Under the pieces are notes generated by a model. The model had not been told where the DNA came from. It saw nothing but the letters and a program-made list of their open reading frames with translations, and ran no database searches. From Bacteroidota bacterium (lineage in GTDB: Bacteria; Bacteroidota; Bacteroidia; UKL13-3), in the NCBI GenBank assembly GCA_947477885.1, contig CANJUD010000003.1, positions 215,774 to 279,773 of the forward strand: a DNA stretch of 64,000 nt. Direction: 5' to 3'. Positions 8,886-19,746 of this stretch are shown piece after piece. Position 1 is the stretch's first letter; each line of letters opens with the position of its first letter. The position numbers and the translations under genes were made by a program.

Positions 8886-9602
8886 ATGAAAAAACTATTT
8901 ACTATCTTATTTGCTGCCATTTTGTTTGCAAATTTTGCCCATGCACAATGCTCGGTTGATACCAATTTGAAAGCCGCGGGATTTAAACCAGACACTATCC
9001 CGCATGCCACAGAACTAGCAGCATACAGTCAAGTGATACAGTTTAAATTCCCAACAGACACAAACATATTTTCGCAGAAAGTAACCTTCGATTCGCTTAC
9101 CATTAAAGCTATTGACAGTCTCCCAAAAAGTATAACTTGGCAATGCGGTAAAGCTAGCTGCACCTATATGGGTGGCGAAAATGGGTGTCTTACGTTATCT
9201 GGAACTCCGCCTAATGGTTCAGCTGGGAAATATAAAATGATTATTACAGTAACCGCACACTTTCCTCTACCTTCACCTTTTGGTTATAAGCATCAAGACT
9301 TTACCAATAATTGGAATTTTTACGTGGATGGCGGAAACGCTATATTTGAACCTGCGTTTACAAATCATCTCATTGCTTCTCCAAATCCATTCGATCAACA
9401 AGTTGCTTTAGATATTAATAGTTTGAATACCGAGAAAAGTCGTTTACAGATTTATGATATACAAGGCAAAGAAGTATATAATATAAATATACAATTGGCA
9501 CAAGGAAATAATAAATATATTATAGATACCAAAACTTGGAATTCGGGATTATATATTATAAAAACAAATGGTGCCTTTGCTGGCAAAATTGTTAAAATGT
9601 GA
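8886..9602 (+). CDS. secreted protein with T9SS C-terminal sorting domain, hypothetical
   Basis: Signal peptide MKKLFTILFAAILFANFAHAQ; C-terminal Por_Secre_tail-like LQIYDIQGKEVY…GLYIIKTNG…KIVKM. Confidence 0.7.
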   Translation: MKKLFTILFAAILFANFAHAQCSVDTNLKAAGFKPDTIPHATELAAYSQVIQFKFPTDTNIFSQKVTFDSLTIKAIDSLPKSITWQCGKASCTYMGGENGCLTLSGTPPNGSAGKYKMIITVTAHFPLPSPFGYKHQDFTNNWNFYVDGGNAIFEPAFTNHLIASPNPFDQQVALDINSLNTEKSRLQIYDIQGKEVYNINIQLAQGNNKYIIDTKTWNSGLYIIKTNGAFAGKIVKM

Positions 9603-10516
9603 TCAACACTTTCGAGGTAACTATATTGGGGTGTAGCTCGGCAAGCCCCACGCCTGATAGACATCCATCGTCGCAACTTGTTAATATAAATAACCAATAT
9701 ATATTAATTGATTGCGGCGAAGGTACCCAAAATCAGATATTCAAATACCATATCAAATTTAGTCGTATTTCTAAAATACTGATTAGTCATTTGCATGGGG
9801 ATCACTTTCTGGGATTACCTGGTTTGTTATCTACACTAAGTTTAAATGGAAGGATTGAACCACTTGATATTATTGGCCCTCCCGGACTGCAGCCTTTTCT
9901 TGAATATTTTTGTAAAGTATCGGAAACACATATCAAATTCCCGCTAAATTATATAGAAACTAATATGTATGGATTGCAACAAATTTTTACTTGCGATAAA
10001 TATGATATATATAGTTTTCCCTTAAAGCATAGAATAACCTGTACTGGTTTTATGATAAAGACCAAAGCAGGTCCGCGTAAAATAAACAAAGCCGTTTGCG
10101 ACAAATATGAAGTACCATTAACTGCATACAATAGTCTAAAAGCGGGCGAAGATTATGCTATGGAGTCTGGCCATATTGTAGAGAATAAAATACTGACCTT
10201 GGACCCACAAGAAGGGAAAGCATATAGTTATGTTTCGGATTCTATATATGATGAAGAAATTATACAGTATGTGCAAGACAGTGATTTGTTATATCATGAA
10301 TCAACCTTTTTGCACGAGATGCTAGAACGAGCCAATGAAACGTTTCATACCACTGCTTTGCAAGCAGGTGCTATAGCAAAAGCTGCATCAGTAAGTAAAT
10401 TAATTATCGGGCACTTTTCTGCACGTTACAAAACATTGGAACCTTTGGTAGAAGAAGCCCGCACCGAGTTTATGAATACCGACTTAGCCTTGGAAGGATT
10501 AACCTTCGCCGTATAA
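9599..10516 (+). CDS. rnz: ribonuclease Z (MBL-fold tRNA 3' processing endonuclease)
   Basis: HxHxDH motif (SHLHGDH) and LIDCGEGTQ, ~305 aa typical short-form RNase Z; 4-nt overlap with upstream gene. Confidence 0.8.
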   Translation: MINTFEVTILGCSSASPTPDRHPSSQLVNINNQYILIDCGEGTQNQIFKYHIKFSRISKILISHLHGDHFLGLPGLLSTLSLNGRIEPLDIIGPPGLQPFLEYFCKVSETHIKFPLNYIETNMYGLQQIFTCDKYDIYSFPLKHRITCTGFMIKTKAGPRKINKAVCDKYEVPLTAYNSLKAGEDYAMESGHIVENKILTLDPQEGKAYSYVSDSIYDEEIIQYVQDSDLLYHESTFLHEMLERANETFHTTALQAGAIAKAASVSKLIIGHFSARYKTLEPLVEEARTEFMNTDLALEGLTFAV

Positions 10517-10758
10517 TGAATACTATTGACTTACCAGAATATACCAAAAACCAACTCGCCCTGCGTAACGGACAAGACAAACCTGAAGTATGGATTGCCT
10601 ACAAAGGATTAATATATGATGTTACCCGCAGCCGCCTGTGGATGAATGGCAAACACTACGAACACTGGGCTGGACAAGACCTAACGCCTGAGCTGAAAGA
10701 TGCACCGCATACGGAGACGGTGTTTGATAAGTTTGAGGTGGTGGGGAGGTTGGTGTGA
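10516..10758 (+). CDS. cytochrome b5-like heme/steroid-binding domain protein
   Basis: 80 aa; overlaps rnz stop by 1 nt; pattern …LALRNGQDKPEVWIAYKGLIYDVT…W.NGKH… typical of the small cyt-b5-like family. Confidence 0.55.
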   Translation: MNTIDLPEYTKNQLALRNGQDKPEVWIAYKGLIYDVTRSRLWMNGKHYEHWAGQDLTPELKDAPHTETVFDKFEVVGRLV

Positions 10759-10764
10759 ATCTTA

Positions 10765-10878
10765 GACATTGCACGAATCCGTCATGCTGAACTTGTTTCA
10801 GCATCCATAGGAAATGGAAGAGATGCTGAAATAAATTCAGCATGACTTAGCGGACAGCATGACGCGGCGGGCAGCATG
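10765..10878. repeat. Cluster of CAGCATG-based hairpins (two tandem stem-loops tgctgaa/ttcagca)
   Basis: gtcatgctgaacttgtttcagcatcc … gatgctgaaataaattcagcatgac … gacagcatgacgcggcgggcagcatgtcg. Confidence 0.45.
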
Positions 10879-10953
10879 TCGTCGGCGCAATACCAAATTC
10901 TTCTTTCACAAGTCACAATTGTCAACCATATTTGCAAACCAAATACATATAAT

Positions 10954-12201
10954 ATGTTCGATAATTATAATTACACCGTAGCCGATAGATTTATCCGCTA
11001 TGCAAAAATTGACACACAGAGTGACCCACAGTCAACTTCGTTTCCATCAACCGAAAAGCAAAAAGATTTACTAAGGATTTTGGCTGAAGAATTAAAACAA
11101 ATTGGTTTGGCTGATGCTCATATGGATGAGTGGGGATATGTATATGCTACCCTGCCCAGCAATACCGATAAGCAAGTGCCCACTATATGTTTCTGCAGTC
11201 ATGCAGACACAGCTCCCGATTGCAGCGGCACGAATGTGAACCCTCAGGTGCATAAAAATTATCAGGGTGGAGATATTATATATATTAATAATCCTGATTT
11301 GATTTTAAAGACCGTTGAGAGTCCGCATTTGTTGGATAAAATTGGCCATGACATTATAACAACAGATGGTACAACTTTATTAGGAAGTGATGACAAATCT
11401 GGCGTTGCATGTATTATGGATGCAATACATTTTTTGGTGAATAATCCGCAGGTAAAACATGGCACTATAAAAGTATTATTTACCCCCGACGAAGAAGTGG
11501 GACGTGGTGTGGAGCATGTAGATGTGGCCAAAGTAGGAGCTGAGTTTTGTTATACTTTAGATAGTGGAGATGCGGGTTGGTTTGAGGATGAAACCTTCAG
11601 TGCAGATGGTGCAAAAGTTATCATACATGGTGTGAGTATTCATCCAGGATATGCGAAAGATAAAATGGTAAATGCAATGCGAGTTGCGGGTCATTTAATT
11701 GCCCGTTTGCCCTTGAACAGATTATCTCCAGAAAGTACAGAAAACAAAGAAGGATTTGTGCATTTGGTTCGCATGAGTGGCAGTGTAGAAAAAGCAGAAC
11801 TGGATTTTATTGTGCGTGATTTTGATGATCATTTATTAAAACGCCATGGTGAAGAACTATATAATATATGTGAAACCGTAATCAATGAATTTCCGGGAGC
11901 AAAAATGGAATTCAGTATTACCGAACAATATAGAAATATGAAAAAAGTATTGGACCAGTTTCCGCAAGTGAGTCAGTATGCACGCGAAGCTATAGAACGC
12001 ACGGGACTTACTGTTACACAAAAACCTATACGTGGTGGTACTGATGGCTCACGCTTGTCGTATATGGGTTTGCCGTGCCCCAATTTGTTTGCCGGCGAAC
12101 AAGAAATACATTCACTAAAAGAGTGGGTAAGTATACAAGATATGCAAAAAGCGGTTCAGACTGTTGTGCATTTGTGTTGTATTTGGGAGGAGCGAAATTA
12201 A
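10954..12201 (+). CDS. pepT: peptidase T (tripeptide aminopeptidase, M20B)
   Basis: N-terminal RFIRYAKIDTQSDPQS, metal-binding HADT and GSDDKSG motifs; start chosen at MFDNYNY (the track's upstream extension runs into the repeat cluster). Confidence 0.85.
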   Translation: MFDNYNYTVADRFIRYAKIDTQSDPQSTSFPSTEKQKDLLRILAEELKQIGLADAHMDEWGYVYATLPSNTDKQVPTICFCSHADTAPDCSGTNVNPQVHKNYQGGDIIYINNPDLILKTVESPHLLDKIGHDIITTDGTTLLGSDDKSGVACIMDAIHFLVNNPQVKHGTIKVLFTPDEEVGRGVEHVDVAKVGAEFCYTLDSGDAGWFEDETFSADGAKVIIHGVSIHPGYAKDKMVNAMRVAGHLIARLPLNRLSPESTENKEGFVHLVRMSGSVEKAELDFIVRDFDDHLLKRHGEELYNICETVINEFPGAKMEFSITEQYRNMKKVLDQFPQVSQYAREAIERTGLTVTQKPIRGGTDGSRLSYMGLPCPNLFAGEQEIHSLKEWVSIQDMQKAVQTVVHLCCIWEERN

Positions 12202-12289
12202 ATTACGAATGGGGAATCACGAATTACGATTTTTGCGCTATCAATCTCTCTGCATTTTTGGAAAGAGAACCAATATATAATACAGATAG

Positions 12290-14410
12290 ATGCAAGAGAC
12301 TGCACTTAGAATAGTTTCCGAGCAGAATCATATTTCTGTTGCACAGGCAAAAGCTATCGTCAAATTATTGGACGACGGCTGCACAGTTCCGTTTATTTCC
12401 CGCTACCGCAAAGAAGCAACGGGCGGACTCGATGAGGTTATTGTTGAGCAAGTGAGGTTGGCACAAATTAAATTTAATGAATTAGAAAAACGGAAAAATA
12501 CGATACTTGAAACTATTAAATCGAACAACCAGCTTACTGCAGAATTAGAACAAAAAATATTGAACTGCTGGGATTCTGCTTTGCTTGAAGATATATATTT
12601 ACCTTATAAACCCAAACGCAAAACGAGAGCATCCGTAGCCCGAGAAAACGGATTGGAACCCCTAGCATATTGGCTTCAAAAAGAATTACCTTTTGATATA
12701 ATTTTAGAAGCAAAAAAATATATTTCCGATAAAGTAAAACATACGGATGATGCATTGCAAGGTGCAAGAGATATAATAGCCGAGCGAATTAACGAAAACG
12801 AAAAAGCACGAGCAACAATTAGAACGCAGTTTGAGAAATACGCTGTTATATATTCTAAAGTTGCCAGAGGAAAAGATACGGTAGAGAGTAAATTTAAAGA
12901 TTATTTTTCATCGAATGAAAGTTTGGCCAAATGTCCCTCACACAGACTCTTGGCCATGTTCAGAGGAGAAGAAGAAGGGGTTTTAAAACTTTCTATTGAG
13001 CCCGACAACGAAAAAAGTATACAACGACTGGAATATTTATTTCAACGTTCAAATCATGCAAGCAGTAAGCAAATTTTATTAGCGATTACTGATTGTTATA
13101 AAAGATTATTGGCACCATCTATCGAAACCGAATTTCGAGCCTTAGCAAAAGCCCGTGCCGATGAGGATGCGATTAAAGTTTTTGCAAGAAATTTGAATCA
13201 ATTATTATTATCATCGCCTTTAGGCAATAAACGCGTGCTGGCTATCGACCCAGGTTTTCGTTCGGGCTGCAAAGTGGTTTGCTTGAACGAGGAAGGAAAA
13301 CTTTTGGCTGATGATATTATATATCCGCACGAACCACAGAAGCAAATACAAAAAGCAGAAGAGGCTATTATACATTTAGCAAAAAAATACAATATAGAAG
13401 CAATAGCTATTGGCGATGGAACTGCGGGCAGAGAAACAGAAACTTTTATTAAAAATATAGTTTTTGAAAATGTACCAAATATCTATATGGTGAACGAAAA
13501 CGGTGCTTCTATATATTCTGCTTCCGATATTGCCAGAGAAGAATTTCCTGATAAAGATATTACTGTTCGTGGTGCTGTATCTATTGGCCGCCGCCTTGCC
13601 GACCCACTTGCAGAGCTTGTTAAGATTGATGCAAAATCCATTGGTGTAGGTCAATACCAGCACGATGTAGATCAGAATAAACTGAAGCAAAGTTTGGATA
13701 CGGTGGTAGAAAGTTCGGTGAATCATGTGGGCGTAAATTTGAATACTGCCAGTAAAAGTTTGCTTACTTATGTTTCGGGATTGGGACCGCAACTCGCACA
13801 AAATATTATCACATTTAGGAACGAACATGGAGCGTTTGCTACCAGAAACCAACTGAAAAAAGTTCCGCGTTTGGGCGAAAAAGCATTTGAACAATGTGCA
13901 GGTTTTTTAAGAATTCCACAGGCAAAAAATATTTTGGACAATACCGCAGTGCATCCCGAAAGTTATTATATAGTGGAACAGATGGCTGCTGATATGCAAT
14001 GCTCCATCGCTGAACTGGTAAAGGATGAGAACGTTCGCAAAAATATTGTTCCTGAAAAATATATAAACGACAAAACAGGAAAGCATACAATAATTGATAT
14101 ATTAAAAGAACTTGAAAAACCCGGAAGAGACCCACGCGAACCGCTTCAAAATTTCTCCTTCTCCGATGCTAAAAGTCCGGAAGATTTACGACCTGGAATG
14201 ATATTGCCTGGCATTGTAACAAACATCACACAGTTTGGATGTTTTGTAGATATCGGCGTGAAGCAAGATGGGATGGTCCATGTTTCACAAATGGCTGATA
14301 GATTTATAAAAGACCCTAATGATATAGTGAAATTAAGACAGGTGGTGCAAGTAAAAGTGATTGAGGTTGATATGGGGAGGAAAAGGATCGGGTTAAGCCT
14401 TAAAATTTAA
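12290..14410 (+). CDS. tex: Tex-like transcription accessory protein (YqgF/HhH/S1 domains)
   Basis: 706 aa; N-terminal …VPFISRYRKEATGGLDE…, C-terminal S1 domain (GMILPGIVTNITQFGCFVDIGVKQDGMVHVSQMAD). Confidence 0.9.
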   Translation: MQETALRIVSEQNHISVAQAKAIVKLLDDGCTVPFISRYRKEATGGLDEVIVEQVRLAQIKFNELEKRKNTILETIKSNNQLTAELEQKILNCWDSALLEDIYLPYKPKRKTRASVARENGLEPLAYWLQKELPFDIILEAKKYISDKVKHTDDALQGARDIIAERINENEKARATIRTQFEKYAVIYSKVARGKDTVESKFKDYFSSNESLAKCPSHRLLAMFRGEEEGVLKLSIEPDNEKSIQRLEYLFQRSNHASSKQILLAITDCYKRLLAPSIETEFRALAKARADEDAIKVFARNLNQLLLSSPLGNKRVLAIDPGFRSGCKVVCLNEEGKLLADDIIYPHEPQKQIQKAEEAIIHLAKKYNIEAIAIGDGTAGRETETFIKNIVFENVPNIYMVNENGASIYSASDIAREEFPDKDITVRGAVSIGRRLADPLAELVKIDAKSIGVGQYQHDVDQNKLKQSLDTVVESSVNHVGVNLNTASKSLLTYVSGLGPQLAQNIITFRNEHGAFATRNQLKKVPRLGEKAFEQCAGFLRIPQAKNILDNTAVHPESYYIVEQMAADMQCSIAELVKDENVRKNIVPEKYINDKTGKHTIIDILKELEKPGRDPREPLQNFSFSDAKSPEDLRPGMILPGIVTNITQFGCFVDIGVKQDGMVHVSQMADRFIKDPNDIVKLRQVVQVKVIEVDMGRKRIGLSLKI

Positions 14411-14453
14411 TGATTGAATGAGGGGTGATTGAATGATTTTATCACTCCTTAAT

Positions 14454-15359
14454 TTATCTGTTCCAAAAATGAGGAAACTTCCCGGGATATAAATTGATTC
14501 CAGCACTTATATATATTTGATTTGTGTTCACAGATTTCATAGTCCCTTCTGTTACATCGAATTTGTGGTTCTTGGTTCTGCGTAAATCATCTACACCAAA
14601 AAAGTATGCATATCTATATCCTATTTTCAAATATAATAAATTGGTATTGCCATCTAACTTAAATTCTGGATTGATTCTGATACTATGTGCATGGTCGGGC
14701 GAATATTCAGCATATATATTGAATCTATCATATATAAATGTTTTTATAAATTTGATATTGATTCCATACCACGATCTGTTTCCTTTTATATAAGTGCCGG
14801 AGCCCATAGTGTCTCTACCCAACAGTGGATACTCATTATTGGCAATCTCGTTTGCGAAGGCCATTCCACTATTTTCATACCGGTACTGCACGCCCATAGC
14901 AATGCGGTATTTGTTATTAAAAAACGATTGAAACTTTGAAAGTACCCATGAATGTCCCACAGCAAACAAAGGAGCAAAGCTGGCTCTTCTGTCAGTGTTT
15001 ATAGCTTTTACTGAATATTCATTGAGCTTGTCTTTTTTCAGATTAACTAAATTACTTATAAAACCAAAATCCATAAAAAAATGATTGTATAAATTATTGC
15101 TTTCAAAACTTATTGTCGGCAATCTATTCGACCCGTATGAATCCCACGGAACGTCAGCGGCAGTGGGTTCTACAAATGTATGTATATAACTATATCCCAC
15201 TTGATATTTGGCATCGTGAATGAATGTTTTTTGAATAAAGTTTCCCATCTGCCCGCATAGCAGGTGATGGCAAAATAAAAACAATATGATAGTAATAACT
15301 CTGGGCAATTTATTGGTATACTTTGAATGCGAAGATAAGTCTACACTTATAAAAAACAA
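14454..15359 (-). CDS. hypothetical outer-membrane beta-barrel-like protein
   Basis: 301 aa; N-terminal hydrophobic leader; alternating aromatic/hydrophilic beta-strand patterns (YLKIGYRYAYFFG). Confidence 0.45.
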   Translation of the reverse strand: MFFISVDLSSHSKYTNKLPRVITIILFLFCHHLLCGQMGNFIQKTFIHDAKYQVGYSYIHTFVEPTAADVPWDSYGSNRLPTISFESNNLYNHFFMDFGFISNLVNLKKDKLNEYSVKAINTDRRASFAPLFAVGHSWVLSKFQSFFNNKYRIAMGVQYRYENSGMAFANEIANNEYPLLGRDTMGSGTYIKGNRSWYGINIKFIKTFIYDRFNIYAEYSPDHAHSIRINPEFKLDGNTNLLYLKIGYRYAYFFGVDDLRRTKNHKFDVTEGTMKSVNTNQIYISAGINLYPGKFPHFWNR

Positions 15360-15367
15360 TATAGCGA

Positions 15368-15480
15368 CAAATTGTATGTTTTATATAGTCGAAGTGCCGC
15401 CCTGAGCGCAGTCGAAGTGCCGCCCTGAGCGAAGTCGAAGGGTGGTTCGTGGTTCGACTCCGCTCACCATCTCACAACCC
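15368..15480. repeat. Intergenic repeat element: 22-bp direct repeat agtcgaagtgccgccctgagcg x2 plus core ggttcgactccgctcacca
   Basis: cgaagtgccgccctgagcgcagtcgaagtgccgccctgagcgaagtcgaagggtggttcgtggttcgactccgctcaccatc; gagcg…cgaagtgaagtcgaaggg also at 51900-51940. Confidence 0.55.
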
Positions 15481-15801
15481 AGCATCTCACGCAGCTTCAC
15501 AAACACATCAATAATTTTGATGCTCATTTCTATGGCTCTGCCACTTTTCAAAACATTGGATAACATTAAAACTACATGTTCTGTGAAGGCATAGGGCAGG
15601 TATTTCATGCTCATCTTTGGTCAATTCGAACATAAAGTGGGGTGGGAACCTTTAAAGATTACTATTTACCTGTTCCTTCAAACGCTTGGTTTTCACATCA
15701 TAAAGTTCAGCTAAATCATTATCCAACATTACTTTGTGCCCTCTGATATAATATGTCTTATTGATGATTAGTTCTTCCGATTTTACGATTGATTTTGACA
15801 T
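15381..15801 (-). pseudogene. ORF6N-domain (KilA-N-related) gene remnant
   Basis: From ATG at 15799-15801 the product is MSKSIVKSEELIINKTYYIRGHKVMLDNDLAELYDVKTKRLKEQVNSNL, a canonical ORF6N N-terminus. A TAA follows at 15652-15654. The next motif, RFPPHFMFELTKDE, is in the same frame. …YLPYAFTEHVVLMLSNVLKSGRAIEMSIKI… lies in another frame (track ORF 15381-15614), and its C-terminus is a translation of the adjacent repeat. Confidence 0.6.
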
Positions 15802-16105
15802 ATATTTCTAGTTTTTTAATAATACAAACCTAAACTAGAATTTCTCTAAGGTTGCAAAATGTAACCTTAGAAGTTTAGACAATGAGTGAACAGGATTATC
15901 AACAATGCAGACTGTCAGTATGAGTTTATCGAAGACGGCGTTCGGAGGAAATTGTTAGAATAGTATTATATAAAAAGGAACATCTAGTTTGTCGCCCTTC
16001 GATAATCCCGAATAGTCGGAACAGGATGACAAACTTCCGTTGCAGCCTTATATGATGTAGACGTTGAATGTCCTGAAAATTTAAAACTTGAAATTATATA
16101 ATTGT

Positions 16106-16408
16106 TCATACTATATCGCTTATTTGCTTTCCATGTTTGATATGATAAATAACAAGATTCGTTTTATTTTGCCTGAAAGCAAAGACCCATTTTTTGTCAA
16201 ATGTGGCACAACGTAACTTGCGTTTTGCCCAAGCCCTGTTTCTACAAATGGTGTGGGCAGATGGTTTCTTAGCTAATGCGATACCGAAATCTATCATTTT
16301 GTTAGCGTAGTTTCGTGCAGTTTCCGGCATTTTTATTTCCTCAGAAAGATACGCTGTCAATTCACTAATACTTTTCCTTGCCAATGGACCAAATAAAACT
16401 TCACTCAC
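16106..16408 (-). CDS. putative RelE/ParE-superfamily type II toxin
   Basis: 100 aa; pattern …KWVFAFRQNKTNLVIYHIKHGKQI at C-terminus resembles ParE/RelE; 4-nt overlap (ATGA) with upstream small gene. Confidence 0.45.
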   Translation of the reverse strand: MSEVLFGPLARKSISELTAYLSEEIKMPETARNYANKMIDFGIALAKKPSAHTICRNRAWAKRKLRCATFDKKWVFAFRQNKTNLVIYHIKHGKQISDIV

Positions 16409-16629
16409 ACAAGTCCTTTCTTTTTATATGATTCATCCAAGGCATCCAAAAATTCTTTCCTGAATTGCTCAGCCGAAATAGTGCCTTCTTCTTCAGTTTC
16501 AGGATCTACCTCTTCTACTTCTTCGGGCTTGTAGCCACCTTCCTGTATTTGCTTCAAGAGAATTTTTCCTCCAGGTGTTTGGTCATTTATACGAAATAGG
16601 TGTGTCATACTGCAAATATAACAAAACAT
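16405..16629 (-). CDS. putative antitoxin partner (small acidic protein), family not recognised
   Basis: 67-74 aa, acidic C-terminal half (EEVEEVDPETEEEG); translationally coupled to downstream toxin-like gene. Confidence 0.4.
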   Translation of the reverse strand: MFCYICSMTHLFRINDQTPGGKILLKQIQEGGYKPEEVEEVDPETEEEGTISAEQFRKEFLDALDESYKKKGLV

Positions 16630-16737
16630 CCCAAAATAAAAAAGGCCAACTTTTCAGTCGACCTTTTTCAAAAGTATTATATTCTTTCTATATAACCTGT
16701 GGTTGGTGAAAACACACAACCACAAGCATCATATATA

Positions 16738-19590
16738 TTATGCTTCAGCGTAAGCCTCCGTAGGAATACATGTACATATCAAATTCCTGTCGCCATGTGT
16801 ATTATTAATACGCCCTACTGATGGCCAGAACTTGCGGTCTTTTACCCACGCTAATGGGAAAGCTGCTTTCTCGCGGCTATATGCATGTGTCCAATCGTTG
16901 GCTATTAATACACCTGCAGTGTGCGGTGCATTCTTTAATACATTATCATGTTTGTCGGCAGCACCGGTGGCGATTTCGTCTATTTCGTTTTTGATAGAAA
17001 TTAGTGCTTCGCAAAAACGATCTAACTCTGCTTTTGCTTCGCTTTCTGTGGGTTCTATCATAAGCGTTCCAGCAACAGGGAAACTTACCGTAGGTGCGTG
17101 GAAACCGTAGTCTATTAGGCGTTTGGCAATATCTTCTACTTCTACACCTAAGCTATGTTTATATTTACGCATGTCCACAATCATTTCGTGGGCACAAGTT
17201 CCATTGGTTCCTGTATATAATATATCAAAATGTTTTTCTAATAAACACTTCATATAGTTTGCATTGAATATGGCATAACGTGTGGCATCTGTTAAACCTT
17301 TTTCGCCCATCAAACGAATATATATATAACTTATCAATAATATACTTGCACTACCCCATGGTGCAGCAGAAACTGCTCCAGCACCTTCTCCTATGGAGAG
17401 GGCGGGGGTGAGGCCCATATCAACAACTGCATGTCCTGGTAAAAACGGAGCCAAGTGGCTACGCACACCGATAGGTCCCATACCTGGGCCACCGCCACCG
17501 TGAGGAATACAGAAAGTTTTATGCAAATTCAAATGGCACACATCGGCACCTATGGCAGCAGGACTAGTTAATCCCACCTGTGCATTCATATTCGCTCCAT
17601 CCATATATACTTGTCCGCCATGCTCGTGAATCATATTACAAATATCTATAATAGTTTCTTCGAACACACCGTGTGTACTTGGATAAGTTACCATTAAACA
17701 CGCCAAATTATCTTTATATTCAATGGCACGGGCACGCAAATCTTCTACATCTATATTACCATGTTCGTCGGTTTTTGTAACCACTACTTTCATACCCGCC
17801 ATTACCGCACTGGCAGGATTGGTACCATGTGCCGATGATGGAATCAAGGCGATGTTTCTGTGACCTTGTCCGATAGATTGCAAATAAGCACGAATAACTA
17901 ATAGTCCAGCATACTCACCTTGTGCACCTGCATTGGGTTGTAATGATATCGCATCAAAACCTGTTACTTCTTTAAGTTGATGTTCGAGTTCTTCAAATAT
18001 TTGCGAGTAGCCTGCTGCTTGTTCGCGTGGAGCAAACGGATGCAGTGCACCAAACTCTGGCCAGCTAACAGGAATCATTTCGGTGGTTGCATTCAATTTC
18101 ATGGTGCAACTTCCCAAAGCTATCATACTATTTGCTAAAGAAAGGTCTTTCAATTCTAATGATTTTATATAACGAAGCATTTCTGTTTCGCTATGATATA
18201 CATTAAAATTTGGATGGGTTAGATATTCAGAAGTACGTTTTAGATTTCCAGAGATGTCGCTCTTCGATGAACTCAGAGTGACAGATTTATTTTTGACTTC
18301 AGAAAATATAGAAACTATATCATTCAAATCTTTCGAGGTTACAGTTTCATCCAAAGCTATATATACTTTGCCATTATCATATCTGAAATTGATTTGCAAT
18401 TTTTCGGCAGCAGATTTAATTTGGTTGGCATCGGCATCCACACATATAGTATCGAAATAATTTTTGCTTGGAACTATATATCCCAAATCCGTTAATGCTT
18501 TTGCAAGTGATGCAGCATTATTATATATATTTTGTGCAATAGTTTTCAATCCTTCTGGACCATGATATACTGCATACATGGCAGCCATATTTGCCAACAG
18601 AACTTGGGCAGTGCATATATTAGAAGTTGCTTTTTCGCGGCGTATATGTTGCTCGCGAGTTTGCAATGCCATGCGCAAAGCACGGTTGCCTTGTGCATCT
18701 ATGCTCACACCAATTAATCGACCTGGCATATTGCGTTTATATTCATCTTTAGTTGCAAAAAATGCTGAGTGCGGACCACCGTAGCCGAGCGGTACACCAA
18801 AGCGTTGCGAAGATCCAACAGCTACATCAAATCCCATTTCACCGGGTGATTTTATTATAGTTAATGCCATTAAATCGGTAGCAGCAACTGTATATATTCC
18901 GGCAGATTTTGCTTTGGCACAAAAATCAGAATAATCAGAAATTTCGCCATGTACATTTGGGTATTGTAATAGTGCCCCGAAGAAACCCGCATCGAAATTA
19001 AATTCAGAAGCTTCGCCAAAAACGAGTTCGATCCCTACAGGTTCGGCACGGGTAATTAATACATCTTTTGTTTGCGGGAAAACATCATTCGCGATAAAAA
19101 ATTTATTTTTATCATCTCCAGCTTGTGCGTGCAGCATGTGCATTGCTTCAGCAGCTGCAGTTCCTTCATCGAGCAAAGATGCGTTTGCAATTTCCAATCC
19201 TGTGAAATCGCAAACCAAAGTTTGATAGTTCAACAAACTTTCCAAACGACCTTGGGCAATCTCGGCTTGGTATGGTGTATATTGTGTGTACCAACTTGGG
19301 TTCTCAAAAATATTACGTAAAACAACAGTTGGTGTTAAGGTGCCATAATATCCCATTCCTATATAACTGCGGAACACTTGGTTCTTGGCAGCTGTTGCTT
19401 TCAACTCGGTTAATAAATCGCTTTCACTAATAGGTGCCGGCAAATTCATCGGCTGCTTGCGGCGTATATGAGCCGGAATTGTTTTGTTGATTAATTCATC
19501 TACACTGCTCATACCAAGGGTTTTTAGCATTTCGGCAGTTTCTAGAGCATTAGGGCCAATGTGGCGTTGTTGGAAATTTTTGTCAGACAT
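16738..19590 (-). CDS. gcvP: glycine dehydrogenase (decarboxylating), single-chain P-protein
   Basis: 950 aa; N-terminal [13 protein letters not shown]…, PLP-lysine region …[25 protein letters not shown]…. Confidence 0.95.
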   Translation of the reverse strand: MSDKNFQQRHIGPNALETAEMLKTLGMSSVDELINKTIPAHIRRKQPMNLPAPISESDLLTELKATAAKNQVFRSYIGMGYYGTLTPTVVLRNIFENPSWYTQYTPYQAEIAQGRLESLLNYQTLVCDFTGLEIANASLLDEGTAAAEAMHMLHAQAGDDKNKFFIANDVFPQTKDVLITRAEPVGIELVFGEASEFNFDAGFFGALLQYPNVHGEISDYSDFCAKAKSAGIYTVAATDLMALTIIKSPGEMGFDVAVGSSQRFGVPLGYGGPHSAFFATKDEYKRNMPGRLIGVSIDAQGNRALRMALQTREQHIRREKATSNICTAQVLLANMAAMYAVYHGPEGLKTIAQNIYNNAASLAKALTDLGYIVPSKNYFDTICVDADANQIKSAAEKLQINFRYDNGKVYIALDETVTSKDLNDIVSIFSEVKNKSVTLSSSKSDISGNLKRTSEYLTHPNFNVYHSETEMLRYIKSLELKDLSLANSMIALGSCTMKLNATTEMIPVSWPEFGALHPFAPREQAAGYSQIFEELEHQLKEVTGFDAISLQPNAGAQGEYAGLLVIRAYLQSIGQGHRNIALIPSSAHGTNPASAVMAGMKVVVTKTDEHGNIDVEDLRARAIEYKDNLACLMVTYPSTHGVFEETIIDICNMIHEHGGQVYMDGANMNAQVGLTSPAAIGADVCHLNLHKTFCIPHGGGGPGMGPIGVRSHLAPFLPGHAVVDMGLTPALSIGEGAGAVSAAPWGSASILLISYIYIRLMGEKGLTDATRYAIFNANYMKCLLEKHFDILYTGTNGTCAHEMIVDMRKYKHSLGVEVEDIAKRLIDYGFHAPTVSFPVAGTLMIEPTESEAKAELDRFCEALISIKNEIDEIATGAADKHDNVLKNAPHTAGVLIANDWTHAYSREKAAFPLAWVKDRKFWPSVGRINNTHGDRNLICTCIPTEAYAEA

Positions 19591-19746
19591 TTTTGTGATT
19601 GATTTTTACGAATGATATTGAAATACCTCCTTGAATAAAAGGGAGACAAAATTAATCAAAAAATAGTGGATTTTTATAGGGGTGTGAAAAAATATTTGTG
19701 TCGGTTATTATACCCTGTGGTTGGACCGCATAGCAACTTACTACTG

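Noticed and set aside
19591-19746. Glycine riboswitch upstream of gcvP
   Set aside because: No tandem aptamer consensus (GGAGAG…CACCG(A/G)AGG…) visible on the minus strand; region is AT-rich promoter-like sequence.
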